Positions 50,022 through 59,865 are shown, counted from the stretch's first letter. The stretch: DNA of 64,000 bases from an uncultured Gemmatimonadales bacterium (GCA_963701965.1 OY969695.1:1184001-1248000), one strand, 5' to 3'. Numbers and translations are program-made. The notes: generated by a model not told the origin, from the sequence alone.

Positions 50022-50524
50022 GGGTCATTCCCGCGGACGACGGTCGCCAGGGTCACGATCTGCCCGGCGTGCCGTTGTGTGTGCTCGGCCACGTGGAAGA
50101 GGAGCCCGAATACCGTTTGCGGCAGCGCGGCACGGCCGACCGTGCGCGGTTCGTGCAACGCGTCCGCCGGCGTTGCCCGGATCTGGGCGATCGCGGTGGC
50201 GATGGCGGCTTCCGCGGCGGTGATCAGTGATTCGGCGCCCGCGGGCGGGTGGCCAGGGGCCGCCTCGTCGGAGAGGGCGGCCAGCTGTCGCCGATCCAGC
50301 GCACCACCGCGCGCGTACGTCAGCAAGCGGTCGATACTCCCGGCTACGTGCTTGAGATGAAAGCCGACCGGGGCCGCCCCGCCCGGTTTCGCCCACAACT
50401 CCTCAACCGTGAGTCCGCGAGCGGCGCGCGCGATCTCGTCCCCCGCCTGCATCAGCGCGTGCACCGCGGGCATAACGAGCCGATCCACTCCGGGGATGGG
50501 TCCGCGCAACCATGCCTCGGTCAC
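50018..50524 (-). CDS. DinB family protein
   Basis: EAWLRGP, GFHLKHVAGS, HVAEHTQRHAGQ. Confidence 0.88.
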   Translation of the reverse strand: MTEAWLRGPIPGVDRLVMPAVHALMQAGDEIARAARGLTVEELWAKPGGAAPVGFHLKHVAGSIDRLLTYARGGALDRRQLAALSDEAAPGHPPAGAESLITAAEAAIATAIAQIRATPADALHEPRTVGRAALPQTVFGLLFHVAEHTQRHAGQIVTLATVVRGNDP

Positions 50525-50597
50525 GCTGGAAGTATAAGCTCCCGTCCCCGGAGCGGCCGACCAGGTCAGGCTCGAATGTCAGGATATGGTGGAAGGG

Positions 50598-50783
50598 TCA
50601 AACCGACGGCTGGTCCTCGTCCTCGTCTTCGTCGTCGGGACCTTGATCCGGCAGTGTCTCCCAGGTCGTCGAGCCCGACAGATTGCGGTTCTCGTTCGTG
50701 TCGCCGATCAGCTCCTCTTGCTCCCGCTGGTATCGTTCGAGTGCTGCCTCTTCGTCACGCTCTTCGTCGCGCTCCCTTTCCAT
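50598..50783 (-). CDS. Small very acidic hypothetical protein
   Basis: AGGAGG RBS; 61 aa, E/D-rich, NRNLSGSTTWETLP core. Confidence 0.65.
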   Translation of the reverse strand: MERERDEERDEEAALERYQREQEELIGDTNENRNLSGSTTWETLPDQGPDDEDEDEDQPSV

Positions 50784-50812
50784 TGTGCCTCCTGGCCTCG
50801 AAGGGGTGAGTC

Positions 50813-51820
50813 ATGAATGCGGAGCACGACCCGGGCCGTGACGCGGCCCGTCAACGCGCCGATACAATCGGCGGCCTTCCACCGGACCCGATCACCATGC
50901 CGGGCGCCGCGCCGGTGTTCGCGGGAACCGCCGGCTGGACCGACCGGACGCTCACGGACCCGGGGGTGTTCTATCCGCGGGGGGTGGCATCGGCCGAGCA
51001 GCGGCTCAGGTACTATGCCAGCCGATTTCCAATGGTCGAGGTCGACTCGACCTTTTATGCGTTACAACCGCCGTCGGTGGTTCACCACTGGATCGAACGG
51101 ACGCCGGACGCGTTTCGATTCTGTCTCAAGGCTCACGCCCTGCTGACCGGCCACCCCAGCGAGCCGCGGCGTCTTCCCATCGACTTGCAGCGCGCGCTCC
51201 CGGCGGACATCGCGGCCAAGCCCCGGGTCTACGCCGGGCAGTTGCCGCCCGAGATCATGGACGAAGTGCGCCGGCGCTTCGCGCTCGCGGTCGCGCCCTT
51301 GGCGGGTGCGGGACGCCTCGGTGCCATCGTCTTCCAGTTTCCACCATGGTTCGGCCCGACCAAGGAGAACGCCCAGGTTTTGGCGAGCCTCAAGGAAGGC
51401 CTCGGCGACCTGCCCATCGCCGTGGAGTTCCGCAACGCCGCGTGGCTCGCCGACCGGCTACGGGAGCGCACGTGGGCGCTGCTCGAGCGGCATTGGCTGG
51501 CTTACGTCATGGTCGACGCGCCCCCCGGCATGCGATCGAGCATGCCGCCCGAGGTGGCGGTCACGTCACCGTTCGTCGCCGTCGTCCGGATGCATGGACG
51601 CCGGACCGAGACCTGGGAACGCAAAGGGGTCTCCGTCGCGGAGCGATATCGGTATCTATACGATCGGGAGGAGCTGGGCGGCTGGATCCCGCGGGTCCGC
51701 GACGCGGCGTCGCGCGTCAAGGAGTCTCACTTCCAGGGCGTTCATGTGGTGTTCAACAACTGTTACGGGAACTACGGCACGACGAACGCCCTGGAGTTCA
51801 TGAGACTGCTGCTGACCTAG
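50813..51820 (+). CDS. DUF72 family protein
   Basis: GTAGW, VEVDSTFY, FQFPPWF, VEFRN, RMHGR, FNN. Confidence 0.92.
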   Translation: MNAEHDPGRDAARQRADTIGGLPPDPITMPGAAPVFAGTAGWTDRTLTDPGVFYPRGVASAEQRLRYYASRFPMVEVDSTFYALQPPSVVHHWIERTPDAFRFCLKAHALLTGHPSEPRRLPIDLQRALPADIAAKPRVYAGQLPPEIMDEVRRRFALAVAPLAGAGRLGAIVFQFPPWFGPTKENAQVLASLKEGLGDLPIAVEFRNAAWLADRLRERTWALLERHWLAYVMVDAPPGMRSSMPPEVAVTSPFVAVVRMHGRRTETWERKGVSVAERYRYLYDREELGGWIPRVRDAASRVKESHFQGVHVVFNNCYGNYGTTNALEFMRLLLT

Positions 51821-52089
51821 CGGTCGTAGTCCAAACAGGTGTGCAACTGCGCCAGCGCGACGTCGATCGCCTTCACCGCGTCGACGCGATGACCGCCGAA
51901 GTCGTGGGCGGCGACGCGCAGGTGCTCCTTCGCGTCCTCGAGCGCCCGGATGGCCGCGTGGATCTCCGGGTGGGGCTGACGCGCCGTCACCACGACCGGG
52001 GCCAGGGTCAGGACCGGCGCCGGGGTCGTCTTCCGCGCCCCGCCGACCAGCGTACCCGCCAGCGTCACAATCGCCAAAGCTGCCCGCAT
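51817..52089 (-). CDS. Small secreted helical protein
   Basis: Signal peptide; HPEI..A...L..A.HDFGGHRV; GGAGAG RBS. Confidence 0.7.
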   Translation of the reverse strand: MRAALAIVTLAGTLVGGARKTTPAPVLTLAPVVVTARQPHPEIHAAIRALEDAKEHLRVAAHDFGGHRVDAVKAIDVALAQLHTCLDYDR

Positions 52090-52163
52090 CGTCTCTCCTC
52101 TCTCTTGGTAGGGGATCTCGATACACGAGACGATCGAGCCCGGGAATGGTTAAAATTCCCGCC

Positions 52164-52748
52164 ATGCCAGAAGAAATCGAGATCGACACCGACAAGCTGC
52201 GCGAGACGATCGACGAGGAGATCGAGTCCAAGGGCGGCGCGCGCCTTTTGAGACTCACGGCACTGACGACGGCGCTGCTCGCGGCGCTGGCGGCGATCGC
52301 GTCGCTCAAGGCCGGCGCCACGGTGAACGAGGCCATCCTCCTCAAGACCGAAGCCACGGAGTTACAGGCGCGGGCGTCCGACCAGTGGACGTACTATCAA
52401 GCCAAGGGCATCAAGGGGGCGGTCGCCTCGGCCACGGAGGCCGCATGGAAAGCGAACGGGAAGACGCCCCCGCCGGAGCTACAAGCCAGCGCCGATCGCT
52501 ACGCCGGCGAACAGAAGGCGATCGCCGATAGCGCCCGCGCGTTCGAGACCCTGCGGGACAAGCGGATCGAGGAGGCCGACCATTTGATGGGGCAGCACGA
52601 GGGCTTCGCGTTCGCGGTGGCCTTGTTACAGGTCTCGATCGCGCTGGGCGCGGTGGCGGCGTTGACGCGGTCCAAAGCGGTGCTGGGCACGTCGTTGGTC
52701 ATTGGCGGCGTGGGTGCGGCGCTCTTCGTGACGAGGTTGTTCGCTTAG
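52164..52748 (+). CDS. DUF4337 family membrane protein
   Basis: ASDQWTYYQAKGIK, LLQVSIALGAVAALT. Confidence 0.85.
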   Translation: MPEEIEIDTDKLRETIDEEIESKGGARLLRLTALTTALLAALAAIASLKAGATVNEAILLKTEATELQARASDQWTYYQAKGIKGAVASATEAAWKANGKTPPPELQASADRYAGEQKAIADSARAFETLRDKRIEEADHLMGQHEGFAFAVALLQVSIALGAVAALTRSKAVLGTSLVIGGVGAALFVTRLFA

Positions 52749-52761
52749 CGGTCTGTGAGGC

Positions 52762-53061
52762 ATGGGATGGAACCTGCGGTATGGCGGCGAGGCTCTGTTT
52801 TTCATCGGCGTCGCCATCCGCCTCGCGGTCTGGTTGTTCCGCACCGCGCGCGAGGTCGGCACCGGGTTCGGCGGGCTGTTGCCGGACACCAACCCGCCCG
52901 TGGCGCCAGCGGCATCAATGACGCCGGATCAACACGCGCGCGCCATGTCAATGATCTCGCCCGAGCACCGGTGCGCGAAGTGCGGCGCGTTGATCCACAC
53001 GGACCTGGTGCACGGGGGATTCGGACCGTGCCGAAAGTGCGGTTGGTCGGCCGGCGGTTAG
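52762..53061 (+). CDS. Small membrane protein with C-terminal zinc ribbon
   Basis: TM helix; CAKC...CRKC. Confidence 0.55.
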   Translation: MGWNLRYGGEALFFIGVAIRLAVWLFRTAREVGTGFGGLLPDTNPPVAPAASMTPDQHARAMSMISPEHRCAKCGALIHTDLVHGGFGPCRKCGWSAGG

Positions 53062-53071
53062 GTTTTCGGGG

Positions 53072-53599
53072 ATGCGCCGGCCCCTCTTCGCGCTCCTCTT
53101 TGCGCTTTGTGCGATCTGTGCGATCTGTGCGATCTTCGCAGCCCCGGTATCCGCGGCTGCGCAAGGCGGACAGCCGCCCGTAACCGGCGGTCTGATCGCC
53201 GCCGAAATCGCCGGCGGCGTCGCCGCCATGCCGCTCGGATTTCTCGGCGGCGGGTTGGCCACGCGGTGGGCCGCGCGCCGCTTCGGCGCCGATGACGAGA
53301 CCGCCGGTTCGGCGGCAATGATCGGCGCCTACACGACCGCGGTGTTCGTGACGGCGATCCCTCCGACAGTCATCGGCCTCAGTGGCCACGACGCCACGGG
53401 ATCGTATCTGGCCGCGCTCGCCGGGTCGGCGGTCGGTGGACTCGGCAGTTTTGCGCTGGTGCGTCTCAACCGGCAGAGCGGCGAGAGCATCCGCCCATGC
53501 CGCGTCACCTGCGTGTTGAGCTTCGTCGGCGTGATGCTGCTGCCCAGCGTGGGCGCGACGGTGGGCTTCAACCTGAGCCGCCGCTACTCACACCCGTAG
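53072..53599 (+). CDS. Hypothetical membrane protein
   Basis: Signal peptide plus Gly/Ala-rich hydrophobic helices. Confidence 0.6.
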   Translation: MRRPLFALLFALCAICAICAIFAAPVSAAAQGGQPPVTGGLIAAEIAGGVAAMPLGFLGGGLATRWAARRFGADDETAGSAAMIGAYTTAVFVTAIPPTVIGLSGHDATGSYLAALAGSAVGGLGSFALVRLNRQSGESIRPCRVTCVLSFVGVMLLPSVGATVGFNLSRRYSHP

Positions 53600-55219
53600 T
53601 CAGCGTCTCCGGAGACGGGCCAGGAGCTCCGAGAGCTCGTCCGCGCGCAACGACGCCAGCCGCTCCGAGCATCTTGCGCGTTCAGCGCTATCCTCGAACC
53701 GCGCGCACGAGCGGCGCCGGCCGGCCTCCCACATGTCCTGCGCTTCCCGCAGTTCGCGCACGGCCGATGCACCGCCCTGGGCATCGAACGTTGCCACGAG
53801 CGTGCCGAGCACGCGGCCGAGTCGCGCACTCGACGTGGTGATCGCGCCGGCGGTGGCCGAGGCGACCGGTGCCACGACCGCACCGGCGACCCGCAATGCC
53901 ACCTGCGGTGCGACCGGAACCGCGACGTCGGGAGCCGTCACGACATCGGCGGGCGCCGTCTCCGTTGTCGTGGTGGTGGTGGTGGTGGTCGTCGGCGGCG
54001 CGGTCTCGACCGGTGCCGGGCGATGCGTGCCGGTGCGCGCCAATGCCCGGGCAAAGCGCAGCCCGGTCGCGAAGACCAGGACGCAGCACAGGATGAGCGC
54101 CGGCACCCGGGACCGGGAGTGGACGACGCGCCGCCCGGTGTTGGTGACGCCATCGATCACGGTGCGCGCGGCCGCCATCCAACGCGGCGCCGCCTCCTTG
54201 AGCGCGGGCGGGACCGGCGGCCACTCCCCGGTCCAGCGCACCTCCAGGCGACCCGCGGTGATCGTGCGCGGCGGACGGGCCTCGAGCGGCAACACCGTGG
54301 GCCGCAACGGTCCAGGCGCGCCAGGCGCCGCCCGACGCCGCACCAGCCGGGGCTCGTCCGCGGTCGCGTCGCAGAGATACGCAAGGAGCGCCTCCGCATC
54401 ATCCCAGCGCGCCGACGGGTCTTTGTGCAACGAGCGCTCAATGGCGCGGCGCAGTCGGGGCGGGACGCCATTCCGCCGATCGTTGATGGGCGGGACCGGC
54501 TCGCACTTCTGGTTGAAGATCATCGAGTAGAGCGTCTCGGAGGGCCAGGGGCGCTCACCCACCAGCATCTCCCACGCAACGAGCCCAAGACTATAGATGT
54601 CGCTGCGTCCGTCGACGGGGCCGCCGTCGAGCGCCTCCGGCGACATGTAGGCCGGCGTACCGACCGCGATACCGCCGCCAGTCAGGCAGGCGTCGAACCC
54701 CATGCGCCGCGCGACGCCGAAATCGGCGAGCATCGCGCGGCCCGACTCGGCTTCGAGGAAGATGTTGTCGGGTTTCACGTCGCGATGCACGATCCCGCGT
54801 CCGTGGGCGTAGAGCAGCGCGCTCGCGATCTCCGCCATGACGTTGGCGACGAGGCCGATCTCCTGTGGACCTTCGCGGTCAATGCGCGCCCGGATCGACT
54901 CGCCGAGGACGAGCGGCATCGTGTAGTAGAGGAGGCCCGCCACTTCGCCCGCGGCCAGCAACGGCACCACGTGCGGATGCTGCAAGCCGGCGACGAGACG
55001 AATCTCTCGCCGGAATCGGTCGGGCGCCTCGCCGTCCGCCAGCTCCGGTGGCAGCACCTTGATGACCACCGGTCTGTCGAGCTCGGTATCGCGGGCCACA
55101 AACACGCGGCTCTGCACCCCGCCACCCAGCTCGGAGCCGACTTCGTATTCGTTCCCGATCGCCTCTTGCAGGCGTTCCCGCAATTCGTTGCTCACGGCAT
55201 CTCGTGGCACCGGCACCAT
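53600..55219 (-). CDS. Transmembrane Ser/Thr kinase with C-terminal LprI/DUF1311-like helical domain
   Basis: VVIK, HRDVKPDN, DFG, GTPAYMSPE; TM; LREAQ..W...R...C...C. Confidence 0.85.
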   Translation of the reverse strand: MVPVPRDAVSNELRERLQEAIGNEYEVGSELGGGVQSRVFVARDTELDRPVVIKVLPPELADGEAPDRFRREIRLVAGLQHPHVVPLLAAGEVAGLLYYTMPLVLGESIRARIDREGPQEIGLVANVMAEIASALLYAHGRGIVHRDVKPDNIFLEAESGRAMLADFGVARRMGFDACLTGGGIAVGTPAYMSPEALDGGPVDGRSDIYSLGLVAWEMLVGERPWPSETLYSMIFNQKCEPVPPINDRRNGVPPRLRRAIERSLHKDPSARWDDAEALLAYLCDATADEPRLVRRRAAPGAPGPLRPTVLPLEARPPRTITAGRLEVRWTGEWPPVPPALKEAAPRWMAAARTVIDGVTNTGRRVVHSRSRVPALILCCVLVFATGLRFARALARTGTHRPAPVETAPPTTTTTTTTTTETAPADVVTAPDVAVPVAPQVALRVAGAVVAPVASATAGAITTSSARLGRVLGTLVATFDAQGGASAVRELREAQDMWEAGRRRSCARFEDSAERARCSERLASLRADELSELLARLRRR

Positions 55220-55407
55220 GGATTACCCGTCACTGCCCCACCGCGCTCAGCGGTGCTGGGGCTGCCTGATTCACAGCGCACCACCCGTGCCAGGCCGACG
55301 CGGGGCAAGCCCTGGCAACGAAATCGCGCACGATCGGTTTTCAGGACAGTCCGTTGCGCATGATGAGGACAGTTGCCGCCCGGGGCGAGCGCGAAGCACT
55401 ATACACC

Positions 55408-56727
55408 ATGACCCACACATTGACGACGCCGGATCTCAATGCCTTGTGGTTGCCGTTCACGGCGAACCGCGCATTCAAGCAGGCGCCGCGGCTCCTGGCG
55501 TCGGCGCGGGGCATGTATTACACGACGGTCGACGGCCGCGAGATTCTGGACGGCGCGGCGGGGCTCTGGTGTGTCAATGCAGGTCACTGTCGCGAGGCGA
55601 TCGTCGCGGCGATCGCCGGGCAGGCGGCACAGCTCGATTACGCACCGGGATTTCAAATGGGGCATCCGCTGGCGTTCGATTTGGCGTCGCGGCTGGCGGC
55701 CATCGCCCCTGGTGATCTCGATCACGTTTTCTTCGCCAACTCGGGGTCCGAGGCCGTAGATACGGCGCTCAAGATCGCGCTCGCTTACCATCACGCGCGC
55801 GGCGAGCCAGAGCGCACGCGGTTCATAGGCCGGAACCGCGGCTATCACGGCGTCGGATTCGGCGGAATATCGGTCGGCGGTATTGAGAACAACCGCAAGC
55901 AATTCGGCGCCCGCTTGACCGGTGTCGACCATCTGGTCGATACGCACCTGTTACCGGTGAACGCGTACTCGCGCGGACAGCCAGCCCATGGGGCGCATCT
56001 GGCCAATGATCTCGAGCGCATCATCGCCGAGCGGGGGGCGTCGACGATCGCGGCCGTCATCATCGAGCCGGTCGCGGGATCCGCGGGCGTGCTGATCCCT
56101 CCGGTCGGATACTTGGAGCGCATCCGCGCGATCTGCGCCCGGCATGACATCCTGTTGATCTTCGACGAGGTGATCACCGGGTTCGGGCGCATCGGGGCAC
56201 CGTTCGCGTCCGAGTACTTCAACATCGTGCCCGACATCATGACGGTGGCCAAGGGGCTGACGAACGGCGCGGTGCCCATGGGCGCGGCGCTCGTCCGCTC
56301 GGCGCTCTACGACACACTCATGCATGGCGAGCCGGGGATCGAGCTGTTTCACGGCTATACGTACTCCGGGCATCCGCTTGCGGCGGCGGCGGGCTTGGCG
56401 GCGCTCGACGTCTACGAGGGTGAGGGGTTGTTCGACCGCGCCGCGGCACTGGCCGATCCGTGGGCGGACGCGGTCCACGGGTTGCGCGGGCTGCCGCACG
56501 TCATCGACATCCGGAACATCGGCCTGGTGGCGGCGATCGAGCTCGAGCCCCGGGCGGACCGGCCGAACACGCGGGCGTTCGACGTCTTTTTGGATTGCTT
56601 CGAGCGCGGAGTGCTGATCCGCACGACGGGCGACACGATCGCGTTGTCGCCGCCGCTCATCATCGAGCAGAGCCAGATCGGCGAGCTAGTGGACGCCGTC
56701 GCCACCGGCCTGCGCCGGGTGTCGTAA
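55408..56727 (+). CDS. Class III aminotransferase (omega-amino acid--pyruvate type)
   Basis: WLPFTANR, GLWCVNAGH, NSGSEAVD, FDEVITGFGR, AKGLTNG, HGYTYSGHP. Confidence 0.92.
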   Translation: MTHTLTTPDLNALWLPFTANRAFKQAPRLLASARGMYYTTVDGREILDGAAGLWCVNAGHCREAIVAAIAGQAAQLDYAPGFQMGHPLAFDLASRLAAIAPGDLDHVFFANSGSEAVDTALKIALAYHHARGEPERTRFIGRNRGYHGVGFGGISVGGIENNRKQFGARLTGVDHLVDTHLLPVNAYSRGQPAHGAHLANDLERIIAERGASTIAAVIIEPVAGSAGVLIPPVGYLERIRAICARHDILLIFDEVITGFGRIGAPFASEYFNIVPDIMTVAKGLTNGAVPMGAALVRSALYDTLMHGEPGIELFHGYTYSGHPLAAAAGLAALDVYEGEGLFDRAAALADPWADAVHGLRGLPHVIDIRNIGLVAAIELEPRADRPNTRAFDVFLDCFERGVLIRTTGDTIALSPPLIIEQSQIGELVDAVATGLRRVS

Positions 56728-57594
56728 GAGCGGCACCACGACACCCTGAAGGACGACCGCGATCGCCAGGCCGGCGGCGGCGTCGACCGCGTAATGATTG
56801 CGGGTGTAGACGGTCGCGAACGCCAGCGCGACGACGTCGGCGGTGATGACAGTGGCGACGGCGCGCGAGTACCAGGTCCATGATCCCCAGGCGATCGCGG
56901 CGGCCGCGGCGACGTGGGTGCTGGGGAACGACGTGCCGAGCGCGTCGCCGACTTGTTGGACGAGTGCGGTCATTCCATAGAAGAGCCCATGAGACCAGTC
57001 CACGGGCGGGGCGGTGGCGGCCGGCCCGACGACGGGAAAGATCAGATTGGCGACGCCGCAGGTCATATACGTGAGCATGACGCGCAGCACGTAGTCGCGC
57101 AGGGCCCCGACGCGGCGCTCACCACCCTTGAGCATGAGCAGGGGCGGGACGATGAGCAGCACGTAGAACGAGAAGTAGGCGGCGTACATGATCTCGTCGA
57201 GCCAGCGCGAGCGGCGGAGGTCGAGCGGGAAGAGCGTGGCGTCGAGCCGCACGATGGCATCGTCGTAGGCGTGGCGGTGGAGCACGGGCACGATGGCGCC
57301 GAGCTCGCCCCAGAGCACGCCCAGGGCGAGCAGGGGGTAGATGTCGGCGAGACGGCGGGCGGCGGGCAATGTGGCGCCGGGGCGCCGCAGATACCAGGGA
57401 AGGCCGATGGCCAGCGCGTGCGCGGCGGTGGCCCAGAGCGCGGCGCGGGAGTGCGCGCTGCCGGCGAGCCACGCGAGCGCGACCAGCGCGTTGTACGCGG
57501 CGAAGATTCGGTCGATAGGGAGAAGCCGCGCGCGCTCAGGCGGGACGATGGCTTCCTGCCTCCGCTCCCGGGAGTGATGCGACGACGGTGGCAT
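56686..57594 (-). CDS. PAP2 superfamily membrane phosphatase/phosphotransferase
   Basis: FPVVGP, FPSTH, HYAVD; start uncertain. Confidence 0.85.
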   Translation of the reverse strand: MPPSSHHSRERRQEAIVPPERARLLPIDRIFAAYNALVALAWLAGSAHSRAALWATAAHALAIGLPWYLRRPGATLPAARRLADIYPLLALGVLWGELGAIVPVLHRHAYDDAIVRLDATLFPLDLRRSRWLDEIMYAAYFSFYVLLIVPPLLMLKGGERRVGALRDYVLRVMLTYMTCGVANLIFPVVGPAATAPPVDWSHGLFYGMTALVQQVGDALGTSFPSTHVAAAAAIAWGSWTWYSRAVATVITADVVALAFATVYTRNHYAVDAAAGLAIAVVLQGVVVPLLRHPAQAGGDGVH

Positions 57595-58681
57595 CGTCGC
57601 CGAGTCTGACGGAGCCTCCGCAGCAGCGGAGGAGATCGTCGGCGGTGCTGACGACCGATTGGGGCACGGGGACGCCGAGGGGTTCGCCGCTGCTCAAGGC
57701 GCGAAGGGTCAGGCGGACGCCGTGCGGCGGAGCCGCGGGCTCGGCGGCAATCTGGATCCAGCCGCGACCGCCGACCGCATCGCGTGCGGCGCCGACGAGC
57801 GTTACGAGGACCCGGACGAGTCGGGCGGCATCGAGGCGCGCGGGTGGGAGCGCGTCGGCGAGATCGAGCGTCACGGAGGCTTCGTCGCCCGCGAGGATCT
57901 GGAGGAGGCGCCAGGCATCGTGGAGCGTCGTGGGGACGTCGAGGGTGGCTTGGTGTTCCGTGGGCGCGGGGAGTGGACGAAAGAGGGTCGAGAAGTGGCG
58001 GGCGACAGCGCCGGCGGCGCGTGAGATGCGGGTGATGCGGGTGGTGTTGCAGGAGCCGGGCATGACCTGGCAGAACGTATCGACGGAATCGAGCGCGGCG
58101 CTGAGATACCGGACGACGGCGGCGCCGGCCTCGTCGCGAAACACGGCGCCGGAGAGGCGTTCCATCTCGGAGACGGCGCCGGCGGCCAGGGTGTGGAGGG
58201 AGTCGATGTCGTCGTTGGTCCAGTCGCGCACCGTGTAGTCGTAAACACAGCAACTACCGAGGGCGTGGCCTCCCCGGGTGGTGAGGGGGACGCCGAGGCA
58301 GGCGACGACGCCGAGGCCAATGACCGAGGGGAAGGTGGAGAAAATGGGGTCGGCACGGGCATCGCGGATAGCGAGCTGAGCGCCAGTCTCGGCGATGATG
58401 GCTTGGCAGAAGGAGGGGCGGAGTGTGGTGCCGCCGGCGGCGGCGAGGGCTGGGGGCACACCGACGGTACTCACCCAGACGTCGCGATCGGCGTCGACGA
58501 GGGAGATGATGGCGACCGGCGCAGCCAGGAGTCGGGCGGTCGTGGCGGCGAGGCGTTGGAATCGATCGCGCGGCCCGCGGCCCTCGGGGAGGCCGGTCGC
58601 ACGGACGGCTGCCAGGCGGCGCACGTCGGATGTGACGTGCGCGTACCGGCGGACGGCGTGCGGGCGCGTCGTCGGGGGCAT
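57536..58681 (-). CDS. GAF domain protein with degenerate histidine kinase module
   Basis: APVAIISLVDADR, SFCQ, DARADP, GVPL, GSCCVYD..RDW; eroded HisKA/HATPase; start 58681 or 58750. Confidence 0.75.
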   Translation of the reverse strand: MPPTTRPHAVRRYAHVTSDVRRLAAVRATGLPEGRGPRDRFQRLAATTARLLAAPVAIISLVDADRDVWVSTVGVPPALAAAGGTTLRPSFCQAIIAETGAQLAIRDARADPIFSTFPSVIGLGVVACLGVPLTTRGGHALGSCCVYDYTVRDWTNDDIDSLHTLAAGAVSEMERLSGAVFRDEAGAAVVRYLSAALDSVDTFCQVMPGSCNTTRITRISRAAGAVARHFSTLFRPLPAPTEHQATLDVPTTLHDAWRLLQILAGDEASVTLDLADALPPARLDAARLVRVLVTLVGAARDAVGGRGWIQIAAEPAAPPHGVRLTLRALSSGEPLGVPVPQSVVSTADDLLRCCGGSVRLGDDATVVASLPGAEAGSHRPA

Positions 58682-58850
58682 ATCGGGGACAACATACCGG
58701 GGAGGCGCGTATGTGTCGACCGCGTGGCATTTCGATTGTGGTGGACGCATGGGTCACATGCTGTCCTTATCCAAGATGTAGCGCGAACTCTGCCGACATC
58801 TCGGACTGTATCATGTCGCTAAAGCGACAGTATCGAGCCTGACTTCGTTG

Positions 58851-59072
58851 CTACTTTTCGCGATGGGTGTCGAAGACATCCCGGACTGGGTGGCCGATAA
58901 AGGCCGCGATTCTCGCCTTGAGGGGGGCGCTGCCTGCGCGTTCGCCGGCAAGCACCAGCATGAGGTGGTTGTACGACACGCCGAGGTCACGGGCGGCGTC
59001 GGCCATCGACGTTTCCTTGAGGGTGGCCGCTGCGCGAAAGGCCGCCTTGCGTTCAAGCGGGGTCATGGCCAT
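58851..59072 (-). CDS. Small Cro/Ner-like HTH protein
   Basis: MADAARDLGVSYNHLMLVLAGER. Confidence 0.75.
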   Translation of the reverse strand: MAMTPLERKAAFRAAATLKETSMADAARDLGVSYNHLMLVLAGERAGSAPLKARIAAFIGHPVRDVFDTHREK

Positions 59073-59119
59073 TTTCGCACAGGTGGAAAATGAACGTATG
59101 TGTGTGTCTTCATGGCATA

Positions 59120-59147
59120 AGAATGATATTGTCAGGTATCATGTCAA
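59120..59147 (-). promoter_or_regulatory. Putative sigma70 promoter for the Cro-like gene
   Basis: Perfect TTGACA at 59147-59142 with a weak -10 (CATTCT) 16 bp downstream. Confidence 0.5.
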
Positions 59148-59177
59148 GGGAAGCTTGATACTGGATTCGCTACGACT

Positions 59178-59711
59178 ATGACGCTCTTCGCCGACCGCTT
59201 ACGTCAGGCGCGACAGCGCGTGCGGACCGCGTCCGGGACCCGCATGACTCAGGGCCATCTGGCGAAGGCGGTAGGTGTGGAGCGCAACACGGTGAGCCGC
59301 TGGGAGAACAGTGGCGTGCGCCCGAAAGATCCCGCGGTCATCGCGCGCTTGGCCGACGTGCTCCGCGTGAGCATGGAATGGCTCGTCGCCTCGGGCGACG
59401 AACCGCGTCAGTCCGCGGAGCAACCGCTCGAAGCGTACAGCGCGAGTCTCGCGCTCGAGCGTCGACTTCCCCCAGAGGCGTACGAGCTGATACTCGGCTA
59501 CGTGCGACGCGTCGAGGCATCGGGCGCCACAGCCGCGCAGACCCGCGAGGCGCAGCGACTCTTGCTCGAAGGCGCGTTCACATCGCTCCGCCGCCCCGCG
59601 CCCCGCGAGCGGGTGATCGCGATCGTCCTCGGTGATGTCGAAGCAATGTGGCGCTACATCACGTCCGTGCTGGCGCAAGACGGGATTGATGTGATCAGCG
59701 GCGCAAAATAG
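59178..59711 (+). CDS. XRE family HTH regulator (CI-like N-terminus)
   Basis: FADRLRQAR, MTQGHLAKAVGVERNTVSRWE, LADVLRVSMEWL. Confidence 0.9.
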   Translation: MTLFADRLRQARQRVRTASGTRMTQGHLAKAVGVERNTVSRWENSGVRPKDPAVIARLADVLRVSMEWLVASGDEPRQSAEQPLEAYSASLALERRLPPEAYELILGYVRRVEASGATAAQTREAQRLLLEGAFTSLRRPAPRERVIAIVLGDVEAMWRYITSVLAQDGIDVISGAK

Positions 59712-59733
59712 CTTACGGATTCCCCGCACCTTG

Positions 59734-59807
<74 letters not shown>

Positions 59808-59814
59808 CTACTTC

Positions 59815-59865
59815 AAAACCAAAGCCTCGCTTGGCGTTATGACGCTCAGCGAGGTTTTGTTTTTT
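59815..59865 (+). terminator. Hairpin plus T tract after tRNA-Ile
   Basis: AAAGCCTCGCT...AGCGAGGTTTTGTTTTTT. Confidence 0.65.

Noticed and set aside
53108..53134. TGTGCGATC x3 repeat (CAICAICAI) as a metal-binding motif
   Set aside because: A short in-frame microduplication within a signal-peptide hydrophobic core
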